64,000 bases of DNA, from assembly GCF_009914755.1 (NCBI RefSeq), contig NC_060926.1. One strand, 5' to 3'. Both the position numbers and the translations under genes were made by a program. This document shows positions 1-13,795 of this stretch, in pieces. The notes under the pieces are model-generated. The model saw only the letters and a list, made by a program, of their open reading frames with translations, was not told the origin of the DNA and did not search any database. This DNA is from the human T2T-CHM13v2.0 reference genome, Homo sapiens. How positions within the stretch are numbered: the stretch's first letter is position 1; each line of letters begins with the position of its first letter.

Positions 1-93
1 TGTCTGCCTCTGAGATTTCTGCATCAAAGCTTGCACTTTCTTTCTCATAAATGGTAACGTCCTCTATTGGTTTAAGCAGTTCAACTTCACGCT
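1..93 (-). CDS. TTN: Exon 228 (partial), Ig domain: EREVELLKPIEDVTIYEKESASFDAEISEAD...
   Basis: CAG acceptor at 94-96; runs off window. Confidence 0.93.
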
Positions 94-228
94 CTGTATT
101 GGTCAGGGATGAAGTAACATAATGCTTTAGACAACCCAACGATGCTTTGCTTTTATGTGTTTTGGTGTGTTATTTGGCTTTACACATACGCAAAACTTAT
201 AATTTGAATAAAAGGTAAGATTTTATAC

Positions 229-504
229 CTCCAAGTGTCAGCTTTGCAGGGTATCTTTTTCCTTCAATTTCCACTGCATACTCAGCAATATCTTCTGGCA
301 TAGCATTCTTAATTTTGAGGTACAGATGATTTCCATCTCTCAGTATTTCAGTCTTATCATTTGGTTCCGCAGGGATTTCATCATATCCTTTGAACCACTT
401 AATGTTTGGAGTATCTTTTGCTATATCACAGGCAAAAATAGCTGTCCCCTTGGGTTTCACATGCTGGTCTCGTATAGGTTTCACCAGCCAATCTCTAATG
501 ACTT
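229..504 (-). CDS. TTN: Exon 227, Ig domain: EVIRDWLVKPIRDQHVKPKG...YPAKLTLG
   Basis: 276 nt, AG/GT, I-set Ig motifs. Confidence 0.96.
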
Positions 505-751
505 CTATATGAAAATAAGATCAGAAAAAATGATTAAGGTCTGAACAAGTAATATACATAGCTTCCTTAGTAAATTTCAGGAATAGGAAAAATTTCACAA
601 TACTGGGCATAATTAATCCACTGTAGGATATATTGTTATTCCCCTCTTAGGTACAAGATTTCTGATATTGTAATACTGGGAAACGAGGTCCTTTCTTCCA
701 TTTTCTTAGTGTAACAATAAGCAGAACGAAATCTCCCAGGAAAGTACTAAC

Positions 752-1030
752 CTACTACTTTTACGCAAGATGAACACTCCAGGTTGTTGGCGTTTTCCAC
801 AGTAACTGTGTATGTTCCAGCATCTGTGTCATCTGCATCGTTGATGGTCAGAGCCCGCATCAAGCCAATGACGCCTGGCACAATTCGGCCAGGTTTCTCC
901 ACCACAATCTTGCCATCCTTCCTCCAGACCACGTCACGCTCTTTGTTTAACTCGCAGCTCAAGTACAATGGCTGTCCTTTGACCACTGTGACTTCCTCTT
1001 CCAGTGTTTTTACAAAACGCACAGGAAGTT
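752..1030 (-). CDS. TTN: Exon 226, Ig domain: ELPVRFVKTLEEEVTVVKG...SCVKVV
   Basis: 279 nt, AG/GT, DAGTYTV motif. Confidence 0.96.
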
Positions 1031-1186
1031 CTATGGAGAATTTCAGTATATATTTCAATAAATACAATATTTTCAATGAAATAAAACTTGGAAATAAGAG
1101 GTTTTGTAAAACTACAATGCAAGTTGCTACTAAGGTTTGTTACATTAAAGTTTAATATAGATTATGTTCAGAAGACTAGAAATTAC

Positions 1187-1588
1187 CTTCTACAACAAGT
1201 TTAGCCGTGGAGGTCTTTTCTTTGTTTCCCAAACGTAAAACACAGGTGTATTCACCAGCATCGGAAAGTTGAACATCAATGATGTGCAGCTTTCTGTCTT
1301 TACCATCTGCAATAAACCTGTGCTTGGGACTCTCACGGATATTGCTACCGTCTTTCATCCAGGTTGTAATTGCAGTGGAAGGGGAGACCAAACATTCAAA
1401 GATTGCTGAAGAGCCAACGAACTCTGATTCTGTCAAGATGATGTCTTTGATTTCTTTCACAAACTTCAGTGGCACAGCCTTTAGCTGGTAGGTGAACGGG
1501 GCTTCATCAGGAGGTTTCTCTCCACCACTTCCTGGCCTTAACTTTCTCCTTTCGGCTTCTATTGGTGAAGGAGTCTTTTTGGGTACAC
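1187..1588 (-). CDS. TTN: Exon 225, end of PEVK (GVPKKTPSPIEAERRKLRPGSGGEKPP) plus first distal Ig domain
   Basis: 402 nt, AG/GT, DAGEYTC motif. Confidence 0.96.
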
Positions 1589-1933
1589 CTAATTCAAAGT
1601 AAAATAAAAAGTTGATTTGGCATCTCCTTAGGAGTCAGAAAGTTCATACTTGGCTGCCTGCTGGATAAAACCAGCCGTAAAGCAATTAGAAGACGAGAAA
1701 ACTAAAGACCAGGCAATTGAAAGGCCAATTGAGTTTATACTGCCTTGTTTCAGGCAGGAAAATGAGATGGTATAAGGAATCCATGAATAATAAATGTCCC
1801 TTTTCTCAAGTTTTAATCTGAAGTATAAAATAGCCAGATTAATGTCTAATTATTTTATCTGCCATGTATAAATACCATGCATATGAAAAATGAAGCTAAG
1901 AACTTATGGGATTCACTATGCTAAAATATAGTT

Positions 1934-1935
<2 letters not shown>

Positions 1936-1985
<50 letters not shown>
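1936..1985. repeat. (TA)n microsatellite, about 25 units
   Basis: Perfect dinucleotide run. Confidence 0.97.
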
Positions 1986-1988
<3 letters not shown>

Positions 1989-2163
1989 CTTGCATAATAC
2001 TAAAAGTATTATTTGAAATATCAGAAAACATGCTAGTTTTAGTAGAATCAATTAGAAAAAATAAAAATTGTTATGAATTTTGAAATTTTTTTCCCCTTGA
2101 ATATGAACTTTGGAAATTCAGAGTGGAAGGTTACAATGCAAGTACTAGAAAAATGAATTTCAC

Positions 2164-2214
2164 CTTTGATAGGACCTTTTGGCTTGGCAGCCTCTTCCTT
2201 AGGTGCTTTGGCTT
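2164..2214 (-). CDS. TTN: Exon 224 EAKAPKEEAAKPKGPIK
   Basis: 51 nt, AG/GT. Confidence 0.95.
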
Positions 2215-3544
2215 CTGAAATAAAAATAAAACTCAGCATTTAAACACTTTTCGGACTTATTTCATGTTTAATAGTAAACCATGGAGGGTGAGTCATGCTC
2301 CATTATAAATATTAACGCATAAAGAGAAATTGGTTTCATTTATATGACTTCTATGGATAATCACATTTCCAGGAAGGCATATTCTGAGACTGAAGAGCTC
2401 AAGCTAAACTGCCAACATATTTAGGATTAACAACTTCTTTCAGCAAGTGCCTTATTATCTTCCCATTTTTGGAAGGCTTACTGTTGCCTTGTGAGGAAAA
2501 GTTTTGCTCCTGCCTAGCTGTGCAAAATATTTTATATGTTTATGTAAGTCCTGATTATGTGAACCAAGGAAATAAGGTTTTGTCAATAAATCAGTGTAGG
2601 GAAAAGGGAAATGGCTGAGAGGTTACCAAAAGCCTTTCTTTTTATGTCTAAATTGGGCAGACAAACAAATCCAGGGAAGACTAAGGAAAAAGAGTCCATG
2701 TACCACACATGCATGAGTTTCTTTGAAGATTTCCTTTAGACAATGAAGTAAGGCAGAAGCAAGAGAGTTCTGACATTTAGAGTTTGATTCCATTATTAAT
2801 ACAGGGACAGTATAAACTGTGGAATGAGTTCTCTAGCTTCAGCCCCCAGGATAACTGAGAATAGCTTTATTTTTATACATACTTAATTAGACAAGAGCAG
2901 TTCATCACCTTTTTCTGAATAATAAAAGTACTACGTTGACATTATAAAAGTTTAAAAGAATATGCCCAAATCATAAACATCAGCAACAAAATATAACACA
3001 AATATTAAAAATTAAACTACAGTCAAAAGAATATAGTGTATTTTTTTATGTCATTAAACATGGTAATGTCCAAATATTTTGAGATAATTTTAAATAAAAA
3101 AATTTCTAAATAATTTATATAAAAATATATAAACAAATATAAAATGACTAATTATTGAATTAATAATCTAAAATAATATAATTTTTCCAAATAGTTTTAT
3201 TTATTGATTTATTAAAGATATAAGCCAATTTTTATTATTAGGTTCAGAAAATTAAATTAAAAAATTTCTCTGTCAAACTATTATGGACATTTCTAAATGT
3301 TATTCCCGGGGCCTATGCACATCTCACTGTGGAATGTAACAAATAGTTCTCTTTTTTTTTTTTTAAATTCACCCTGAATTTTTTATTTTGTGCTTTATCA
3401 GTGGAGATGATCATTTTTCCATAGGAACAAATTGTCAAGGCATTATATTGAATATCTTAGATTCTTCACATCTTAGAAAATTATCAATACATGCCTTCTC
3501 CCCACCCCACCACCACCGCCCCCGCTTTAAATTTACTTTGTTTT

Positions 3545-3692
3545 ATTTTTGGTTTTGTTGTTTCTTTTTTAAAAAAATAATTTCAACTTTTATTTTAAAC
3601 TCATGGGATGCATGTGCAGTTTTGTTATGTGGATATATTTCATGATGCTGAGGTCTGGGATATGAGTGATCTCATCACCCAGATAGTGAGCC
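3545..3692 (-). mobile_element. Old L1 3' end fragment (L1PA15/16- or L1PB-like)
   Basis: T-rich tail then tttcaacttttattttaaactcatgggatgcatgtgcag...ctcatcacccagatagtgagc. Confidence 0.7.
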
Positions 3693-3934
3693 AAAGGGCA
3701 AATAGTCAGGATGTGTATGTTTATCAATGACTATCAATTACACATCAAATCAGTTTTGATCAATTATATCTCAAATTATCACTTAAATGATGAACTATAC
3801 TAAATAGTTCATATACAATTAATAGGTGCTTTAAGTTTGGACTTGAGATACCTATATCATTAAGTTAGAACATTTAAGAAAATTATTATTGATCTAATTC
3901 CTTATACAGATTAAAAGACTGAAATATGGAGTCT

Positions 3935-4095
3935 CTTTTTTCTTTTTCTTTCTTATTGTGGTAAAATATACCTAACATAAAATTTACCATTTTAGCCATT
4001 TTTAAGTATTCAATTCAGTTGCATGAAATACATTCACAATATTGTACAACCATCAACACTATCCATTTCCAGAACTTTTACATTATCCCAATATA
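3935..4095 (-). mobile_element. Old L1M (L1MB-like) 3' end fragment
   Basis: ttattgtggtaaaatatacctaacataaaatttaccatttt...ccatttccagaacttttacatt. Confidence 0.7.
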
Positions 4096-4493
4096 CACAC
4101 TTTTTTAAAAAAGAGAAATTGTTCCAATAGGGTATAAGGGAAATTTGAAGCTTCATGGGATTCTTATATGTATACCCTTACAGGGTCTCTGCCTGTCTCC
4201 TTAGTTTTTATCAGCCCCAAACATATTCATTACTTAATCTCCAAAGCATATGAAAGAAATGGTGCAACCCAGGAACGTACATTCCAGTTAAGGCACAATA
4301 TTCACCCACTGGGCAAGAGACAAGGTGGATAAAGGATATCACATGAAGAAAAGGTAGAAACTTACCATAAACCTCCGAAGTTGAAATGATACCTATGTTG
4401 CAGCATAAACAGGGCTTGAATTTTAATCAAGTGTGAATACTTTTATTAAGTCACCAAAACAAACTAGCAAAAAGAAAGCTACAGGATAAATAC

Positions 4494-4583
4494 CTGCTTT
4501 CTTTCCAACCACTGGCACTGTTACTGGGGCAGCGATGGGGGTTGGTTCAGGTTCCACAGGAGGTGGTTTGATTGTTTTCACTT
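4494..4583 (-). CDS. TTN: Exon 223 EVKTIKPPPVEPEPTPIAAPVTVPVVGKKA
   Basis: 90 nt, AG/GT. Confidence 0.95.
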
Positions 4584-4842
4584 CTGTAGAGAGAAGTCCA
4601 TTGCATTAGTGTATCAATTTGTCACTTCCTAAAAACTTATTTGGTAGCTTATTTGCCTCTTCTGATATAATTTTGAAATCTTCAAATAACTAGTTTTTAA
4701 GAGAATAGTATATTAAGCATTTTGAGACGTTAGAAATCATTTGATACATACTGACTTTCACCTACTATCTTTTATTAAGTACATGTTATGTGTGTGAATA
4801 CAGAAAGAATATGCTGTTGACATTGAGGATAAGCTTGCTCAC

Positions 4843-4905
4843 CTGCTTCGGGCTTTGGTTTCGGTTCAGGTGCAGGGAGAGGTATTGCTGGCTTGATTTC
4901 AGGCA
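4843..4905 (-). CDS. TTN: Exon 222 VPEIKPAIPLPAPEPKPKPEA
   Basis: 63 nt, AG/GT. Confidence 0.95.
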
Positions 4906-5335
4906 CTGAAATAATTTAGAGTAGAGGGCAGATTATTACAGGATTTTTGAAGTTTTTCACAAAGTCAAAACTAAAATTAAGCCCACGTATCTTGGAAGAT
5001 ATTAGAATTTATATACATATAATTATCAAATCAAGTATTTGATTAGTTTTCATTTTAAACAAAATATTTGGAAAATATAGTAAGGCAATGTTCTTGGTTT
5101 TAATGTTGTTATTTATCTCATTGCCCATAAATACAATTTTTTTTCAGGTAACTTATTTAGCAACTGAGTAATCATTAGCCAATTGCATAGGAGAGTGAGA
5201 TGGTAAAGAAAATTAAGCCATATGTGATTAACAGATTAAGGTCATGTGTTCAAATCTTGATGTCAGTGTAATGATATTTTAAATGATACATATTTGCATT
5301 TTTAGAGACAACTAAGAATGACAGTAGATTTGTAC

Positions 5336-5425
5336 CTTTTGTTGGTTCAGGAATCTTCCTTTCCCTTTTTGTAACAGTAGGTACTTCAACCTCTTCAACA
5401 GGTTTTGGAGGTGGTGGTTCTGGTA
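5336..5425 (-). CDS. TTN: Exon 221 VPEPPPPKPVEEVEVPTVTKRERKIPEPTK
   Basis: 90 nt, AG/GT. Confidence 0.95.
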
Positions 5426-6035
5426 CTTTAAGATAAGATTATTTTTTCAGTGTTAATATTTGAATATTTAGGAAGCACCTCATCTGAAATATCAATTTAT
5501 TTTTCAAAAACTCTATGGATGGTTTTTTAAAAAACCTTATAGTTTATCAAGTAATTTCTATTTTATTTTCTTGACTCTGCTTCCATTTATTTTTCTTCCT
5601 TTTATTCCATCCACTTATCTTCCACTCCCCTTAGCTCTCTCCTTCTAAATCACTTCTATAATAGTTCCCAATAATTTTGCCCTTTGAGAATAGGCTAATG
5701 ATAAAAACCAACCCATTTAAAAGCCCCCAGATTATGAAACCTTTGCTGACACCCTCCCATGAATAGCCACTTGATTATTTCAGTCATTTCTACTGGAAGA
5801 ACTTAAGTTGCAAAGTAATGATAAGAATGAAGTGCAGGGAAATACATGAATGGATTTGGGAATTACTATAAAAATATTTAAACAGAAAGCAGACAATGGA
5901 AAACAGAGACTACATCACAGATGAAATATGAAGCCATGTTTACATCTAACTTCATTTATGTTTACAAGATAAACCTTTTGTTAAATGTCCATTTTGTTAA
6001 AAGATAATCTTACAAATTGTCACTGAGATTCCTAC

Positions 6036-6110
6036 CTGCAGGTTTTTTAACTTTTTCTAGTTTTTTAGGTTCTACTTTAGGTTCTTCTTCTTCAGGTCTT
6101 TTTCTTAGAA
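6036..6110 (-). CDS. TTN: Exon 220 VLRKRPEEEEPKVEPKKLEKVKKPA
   Basis: 75 nt, AG/GT. Confidence 0.95.
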
Positions 6111-7031
6111 CTTTAAAGACAAAAAGGTTTATATGTAAACCAAGACAAACTAATGAAGATGTTGAATAAGCTTGACAAATGCAAATAATGTACAAAGCAA
6201 GGAAAATGAAAAAAAGCATGCTACCTAGCACTCTGGAAAGTAAGCATTTACACCGAAAGTGTTTTTTGTTTTGTTTTTTTTAAAATCAAAGGTTGTCAAT
6301 TATAATAGCACTCAAAGTTACTTTGTTTCTATCTAGATAGAGGGTCTATTCTGAGACAAGTCTGTGGGAGAAACAGCTCCAACACAAAATGAATAATTTG
6401 AATAGCAACGAATTATAATAATAATTAAATGTTAATGATTTAATGAGTATGTAAATAAGTAGAAAGTTTACTTAAGCAGAGATATCTGAAGAAATGTAGC
6501 CTAAAAATCAGTAATTCTATGTGAAGACAATGTTAGAACTTAATTCTTCATTTGACTATCTTGTTTCTCATTCTTTAATATTTTATTAGTCAGAAAGAAA
6601 TGTTCAGTTTTTTAAAAATGTTATTTATTAGTTGTGGTGATCCTGTGTCACACTTTAAAACTGAATATTGAATTTAAGCTAAAGTAGTTTCATGTAAGGT
6701 ATTTAATAGGTTTAGTGTACTTTACTACATAATTTGGTTATGAAAATGGCAGTCATAGTTGTTGTTAGTTTAGAATATTATCAACTTAGTTATGTCTATT
6801 AACATTTTAAATTTCAAAATACTGTGAATGCTCACAAAATTTCTGTCTTTTTTTTTTAAAAAAAAAGATCTGGAAATGACATTTTTCTTAATTTTCAATG
6901 AAACTACAAACAAATTTTGATAAATAGCGAACCAATTCAAAGAAAACCAAAGGACAGAAACATTTTGTAAGCTTTCAAGTTCATTTTTAAAATATACTTA
7001 ACGCTGACAGAATGGTTGAAAAATACTATAC

Positions 7032-7112
7032 CGCTTTTCAGAACAACTTCTTCCTTTGGTTCAGGTTTACGTTCCGGAAGTAATTTGCGAACTTTCTTTT
7101 CACCTCCAGGCA
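7032..7112 (-). CDS. TTN: Exon 219 VPGGEKKVRKLLPERKPEPKEEVVLKS (first PEVK exon of N2B isoform)
   Basis: 81 nt, AG/GT. Confidence 0.95.
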
Positions 7113-9342
7113 CTTAAAAGAATATGATTTCAAATTTTGAAGTGAATTTATATAAAAACGGAATTTCAACAAGAAAAATGTCTCTCCTAAAACTAGTTAA
7201 CTGTAGTGCATTAAGTAACAATTTTCGCTGCATATAAATACCACAGAATTTAAGTTTAAATGATACATTTCAAGTTATCTCCTCTGCAAATATCTATACA
7301 GCCTTGTGATGAAATTCAACTCCATTAACTGCAGGCAAATGTATTCATTTTAAATGCATGTAGAGGATGTTGCTCCATACTGACTTTATGAATCTTTCAT
7401 CAAATTACAGGGTTCTTGACAGCATCTTTGTCCCAAACTGCAATTGTAGATTGTCCAAATCTACGATGTTATCTACCCAACCACTAAATGTATGAAAATG
7501 ATACTGGCAAGTGTTAGTGCCATCATTCAGTCTTCTCCACTGAGGGAAGAAGGTGGCCAAGAGTTCCGGTTTGTGACTTTGATGCTGGGGAAGGGCCATA
7601 TCTCACTTTCTGAACAGAAGAAGAGTAGCCTTTCTTAAGATTTCCTTTTTGAAATAATGCTGGATAAAATATTTAAAATTATAGAATTATAAAATTTCAA
7701 AGCTGGTGTTGGAAGCTCGTTTTTCATGAATAAGAAAATGTTCTTAAATTCATTCAAATTAAGGAACGCAAGGAATTCAAAATTTCCTGTTGCGTCTACA
7801 GTGAATACTGAGCATGGTGGATGATGCTATTTTATAGAGCAGCCTCTTTTGCTATTATGGCCCTCATAGATTTGAATGGTGAAAGAAAGGAACACGTGGT
7901 GATTATTAAACCATTTTCCTCTCTACTAATGTCAATTAAAATCTAATTTAAAACAGTATTTATTTGTATTGTGTAACTATTTGCTATTAGGAATCTGAAT
8001 TTTTAGATATTTCTATAAAACTTCCTATTTAGGGCTTTAAACAAGATATTTGCAATTCATTAAATGGTTTTTTATGTGATAAAGATAACTGCTTAACTCT
8101 TATTTCAAAAATTTAAACCTACAATAGGCAAATATGTATTTCGTTTTGAATAATCATTTTTTTAATGTCAAATATTTTAAGTAAAAATTTTAAAGTTAAA
8201 CATTACGTATTTTATCCAGGATAAATTGTGTTGGCCTTCAATACTATTTTAGAGGTACCAATCTTCTTAATAACTATTTTTATTGCTCAAACCCAGAAGG
8301 AAGCACATGCATCTAATTAATGTAAAGTGAGGAGGCATAATATAGATTTTCTTTACTGATATAATGAACATAGTGAAAATATATCTGTGCATTTTTTATA
8401 TTATTATTTGATTTTAAAAATCTTATTGATGTTTGAGAACCCAACATTGTAGCTATTATTTTTAAAGTCATTATATGTGATTATATGCTATTTTAATGTT
8501 TATGATCAATATCCATGATAACATTATTTTGTAATTGCCTCTTTATGAAATCAGGAAATGTATATTTATATGGGTGACTTTTTTCCCCAAAATTTCAGAG
8601 TGACCAGAAACAGTCTTAATTTCTAGGTCTGAATGTGTTGATTACTTGAACAGAACACTACTACCCATTAGAAAAATTATGTTTATTTTTGATAGATGTT
8701 TTCTAGACTCTTATAATTCATTTAGTTTTCTTTAGGGTCTAATTTTAGATGAGACCTTATTAGGGAAAATATTGTTTACAGAAAAATACATTTTGAAAAA
8801 TTACCTACAGTAATAAGGAAATTTTTCTGAAATGTGAGTTCCGTACCCCTCAGAGAATGACTTAGAGCCAGTGAGAAGAGAGTGACATGAAAGTCCTAAG
8901 GAAATCCCTACAAATAACCTTAATAATATAAAAGGAAGATAGGACTTATTTTTAGTGCTTATTACATTGGCTAAAATTTTTATGTCAGGTGAAATGTCAA
9001 AACAGTTTACTACTAGCTCTCAGCATTTTAATCTCATATGTCTCTTGATATCAATTTTGGCTAACCAGTAAAATTTGTTATTTTTAAGTTTAGGAAAATG
9101 CAAGAAGACATATGTAGATGAGACAAAGATAGACCATGTCTATACATGTATGAAATGGATGGGAGACAAAGGAAGCAACACTCATGAGCCAGGACCATAA
9201 AAGCCACAGAAATATAAGAAATGAATGGGACTACTCTCTGATCATTGAAAAAGAGAGACAGAACATTCGATGGAGGCAGAAAGAGCAAGGAGTCAGGTAA
9301 AGGGGTACTACATAAGTATGTATTTTTCAGCCTGTGAAATAC

Positions 9343-9411
9343 CTTTCAGAGGTGTAAGCTCCACTTTTTCTGGAACCTGAGGTTTTTCAGGAACTTTCTT
9401 CTTTGGAATAG
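9343..9411 (-). CDS. TTN: Exon 218 AIPKKKVPEKPQVPEKVELTPLK
   Basis: 69 nt, AG/GT. Confidence 0.94.
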
Positions 9412-10714
9412 CTTTAAAGAATATGATTTTACTTTTGTTATTTGTATATTTAATCTGAAGCAAGTGATTAACTTTCTACTCCAAGAATCAAAACCAAGCT
9501 TTGCTTATAACCAGAAAGCATTAATAACAGCCAAGAACAGCCTTCAAAGAACATACAAGCAGCATTCGAACCATGAAAACAGACTGCAGTTTTACTCCAA
9601 AGTTCAGTAGTTAATTAAAGACCAGCAGAAAAAGAAGACAATTTTTGTTATTGGCAGGAGGAAGAAATTTTCCTTTAAGCATATATTTTACATTAAGGGA
9701 AATGTATTTATGTGTGTGTCTTCATGGAGTGTCAATTAACAGATGGGTGGCCTTTCAAGAGGTGCCAGAAGGTCCCCCTAATGGCTATGAGGGTTGTAGA
9801 GGGCAAGAATCACCAGCAGCAATGTCTTATGCTGGAAGACTGTGGTTTGAAGATACATAGGTCTGTATAGGGAAAGTGCATATCTAAGATTATATCTAGA
9901 TAATTTTAGATTGGGGAATCATATGACGTCACAAGACAACTTTTTATTAAAATAAGAATAATATGTTTCTGCCAGTTTATTTCAGCTTTTAAAGAAACTG
10001 ATATTTTTAAAATTAAGTAACATTGTGTCAATTCATAGAAAAATCAAAATATAAGAAGGGGGAAGGGAAGTTTAATAATAAATGCTGGATACCAAATGTC
10101 TTCATAACCACTCTTTCCAGCTCCCCTGAGAACCACACAGAACACTTCTTTAAGTTGCAAGAAAAAAAAAGAGATGGGGGAACTGTAACAAGTCATTCAT
10201 ATGCTTTCCTTTCATGATATATAGGCACATATCAGCTACTGGAAATCATAACTATATTACTTGTAATATATTTAAAAGCACATGCAATTCTTTAAGAACA
10301 AAGTTTTGGCTTTTATGTAAATGTGTTACTGCAATATTAAAAATATCTTGCAAGGATTTCTTATACATTCCTTAAGCATAAGATCGCAATGATATGTATA
10401 GCAATCAGGCTTTGAAATCAGAAAACTCTTTCTCCCCACTCCACAAAAGAAAGTTAATTGGACAGTGCCTGCATTCAGATATCCCGGATGACGCTATCAA
10501 TGTACTTTCTGACTTTTGCAGCAGCAGGCATGGCATGACAAGCAACCCAGGAACCATGGGGCAGCAGAAGAGACAGCTCTATGCAATCTCACAGTACAAT
10601 CATGTCTGAAAGTACACACTTCTAAAAGTCATACATTTCTTGCAAGCATCATTTCAGATGGCTGGATAGAAGTTTGAAGCAGGCTAATAAAACTTTGGAA
10701 GTGGCATTTTTTAC

Positions 10715-10825
10715 CTTTAAGTTGGAATATTTTCTCCTTCACATCTTCCTTAGGTGGAGCAGGTGGAGGAGGTGGGGGTCTTGGTTTGAGTTTTGGCTTC
10801 TCAATAACCTTTTCAGGTTCAGGTT
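10715..10825 (-). CDS. TTN: Exon 217 EPEPEKVIEKPKLKPRPPPPPPAPPKEDVKEKIFQLK
   Basis: 111 nt, AG/GT. Confidence 0.94.
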
Positions 10826-10895
10826 CTTGAAAGAGTATTTCAGAGGTGTTAGTATATGTATATGTTAGCATGTGGATATGTAGTATATTTAATAG

Positions 10896-10899
<4 letters not shown>

Positions 10900-10946
<47 letters not shown>
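10900..10946. repeat. (TA)n microsatellite
   Basis: Perfect dinucleotide run. Confidence 0.96.
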
Positions 10947-10949
<3 letters not shown>

Positions 10950-11283
10950 GTACAAAGTTTACTTTTTAAGGTACGTAATACCAGTATCCAACATAAAACA
11001 CAGAACATAAAACATAAAAATATCAACCCTTTACAAAGATGATGAGAAATACAGCAAAGGCACCAATAACAACAACAAACAAAGCATCCAGACAAGCCAC
11101 AGTTGACATGAGAGAAACAGTACAAGTTACATGGAAACCTAAGAATGAGGCTCACATTTACAACAAAGAATACTTTACATACAAATGGGAACAGACATAC
11201 TACATATGTACAACAACATAAACCATATACATTTCAAGAGAAAGAATATGATAAAGAAGATTTAAGTCCACTGGATTGAATAC

Positions 11284-11358
11284 CTTTTACTGGTATTTCT
11301 TCAGGCTGTGGTTCAGGTTCGGGCTCTTCAGGTTTAATATACTTTTCAATTTCACGTT
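11284..11358 (-). CDS. TTN: Exon 216 EREIEKYIKPEEPEPEPQPEEIPVK
   Basis: 75 nt, AG/GT. Confidence 0.92.
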
Positions 11359-11839
11359 CTTTAAAGAATGTTGACAAAGGAGATGAGGTTGCAATGTAAA
11401 GTTCTTCAAAAAGACTCATACAAATTTCACATTGATGCAAAGATTACAGTCACAAAATAAAAATATACAATTCATACAAATTCATGTATAGAAAAATTCA
11501 CGTATAAGAAAAAGTTCTTTTACTTGAACTGCCTATTAATTAGATTATTCAATGTATATTGATGGCAAATGAGATGACTTTTAAAATTTGATACCGTGTT
11601 ATCATTTGAGGATCCAAGGCAATTATTCCATTTTGCTTCAGTAAACTGTACCTTTTGGAAATTGTAATTACCAACAACAGTAACTAAATTAAAGATTCTA
11701 ACTTAAAAGAAGTGTAACTATTTCAAAAATAAAGCAGTCAAACATGCTAGACTGCTCTTGTATATAATTTCAAGAAGGAATATTGTCCTGTAAATGCTTT
11801 TGTAATTCTAACAGGAATCTTCAGGAGATTAAAAAAATG

Positions 11840-11861
11840 TATATATATATATATATATATA
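11840..11861. repeat. (TA)n microsatellite abutting exon 215 donor
   Basis: Donor reads GAAG|GTATATATATAT... Confidence 0.95.
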
Positions 11862-11862
11862 C

Positions 11863-11943
11863 CTTCAACAGGGGGAGTCTCTTTTCTACCAATGGTTATA
11901 GATGCTTTTTCTTCATATATTATTTCCTCAGGAGTCTCTTCAA
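11863..11943 (-). CDS. TTN: Exon 215 VEETPEEIIYEEKASITIGRKETPPVE
   Basis: 81 nt, AG/GT. Confidence 0.92.
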
Positions 11944-12179
11944 CTTTAAAAAACATAGTATTTTATTTTAGACTATATTTAGAACAGAATACTGCAACTA
12001 CTATTCTAACATATCAACCTAGTTACATTAAGTAACACTCTATAACAGATTATTCAGATGACCCCCCAAATATCAATAACTTCAATACAGACAGACAAAT
12101 ACGTAAGATTCATCTACAATCAAAGCAAGAGGATGAAGACAATTGTCATCTTTCCAAGATTTATGGAGAAGCCGTGTAC

Positions 12180-12263
12180 CTTCAGCAGGTGGAACTTCTG
12201 GCTCTGCAGGGATAGGCACAGACACTTCCTTTTCTGGGATGATTTTCTCAGGCACTTTGGGCA
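12180..12263 (-). CDS. TTN: Exon 214 VPKVPEKIIPEKEVSVPIPAEPEVPPAE
   Basis: 84 nt, AG/GT. Confidence 0.92.
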
Positions 12264-12539
12264 CTTTAAAGATATGATTTTGTTTACTATTAAGAATTTA
12301 GAAGACATGCAAGATTGTCTAAAGAGCAGGCAAAGAATGCAGGGGCAAGAGCTTCATCTTAGATTTCATGGGGAAAATGGCTTCTGAGACATGGCACCAT
12401 TTTGGACATCCTAATTTTATATATGAATCTTCTCAGCTTTCTTCATTTGCTTCTAGTCCTCTGTGTACACTTAAATGAAGGTGGTCTAACTTTGACACTT
12501 AAAAAAATTTGCTCTACATTTTCTGAGTAATTGTTCCTG

Positions 12540-13795
<1,256 letters not shown>

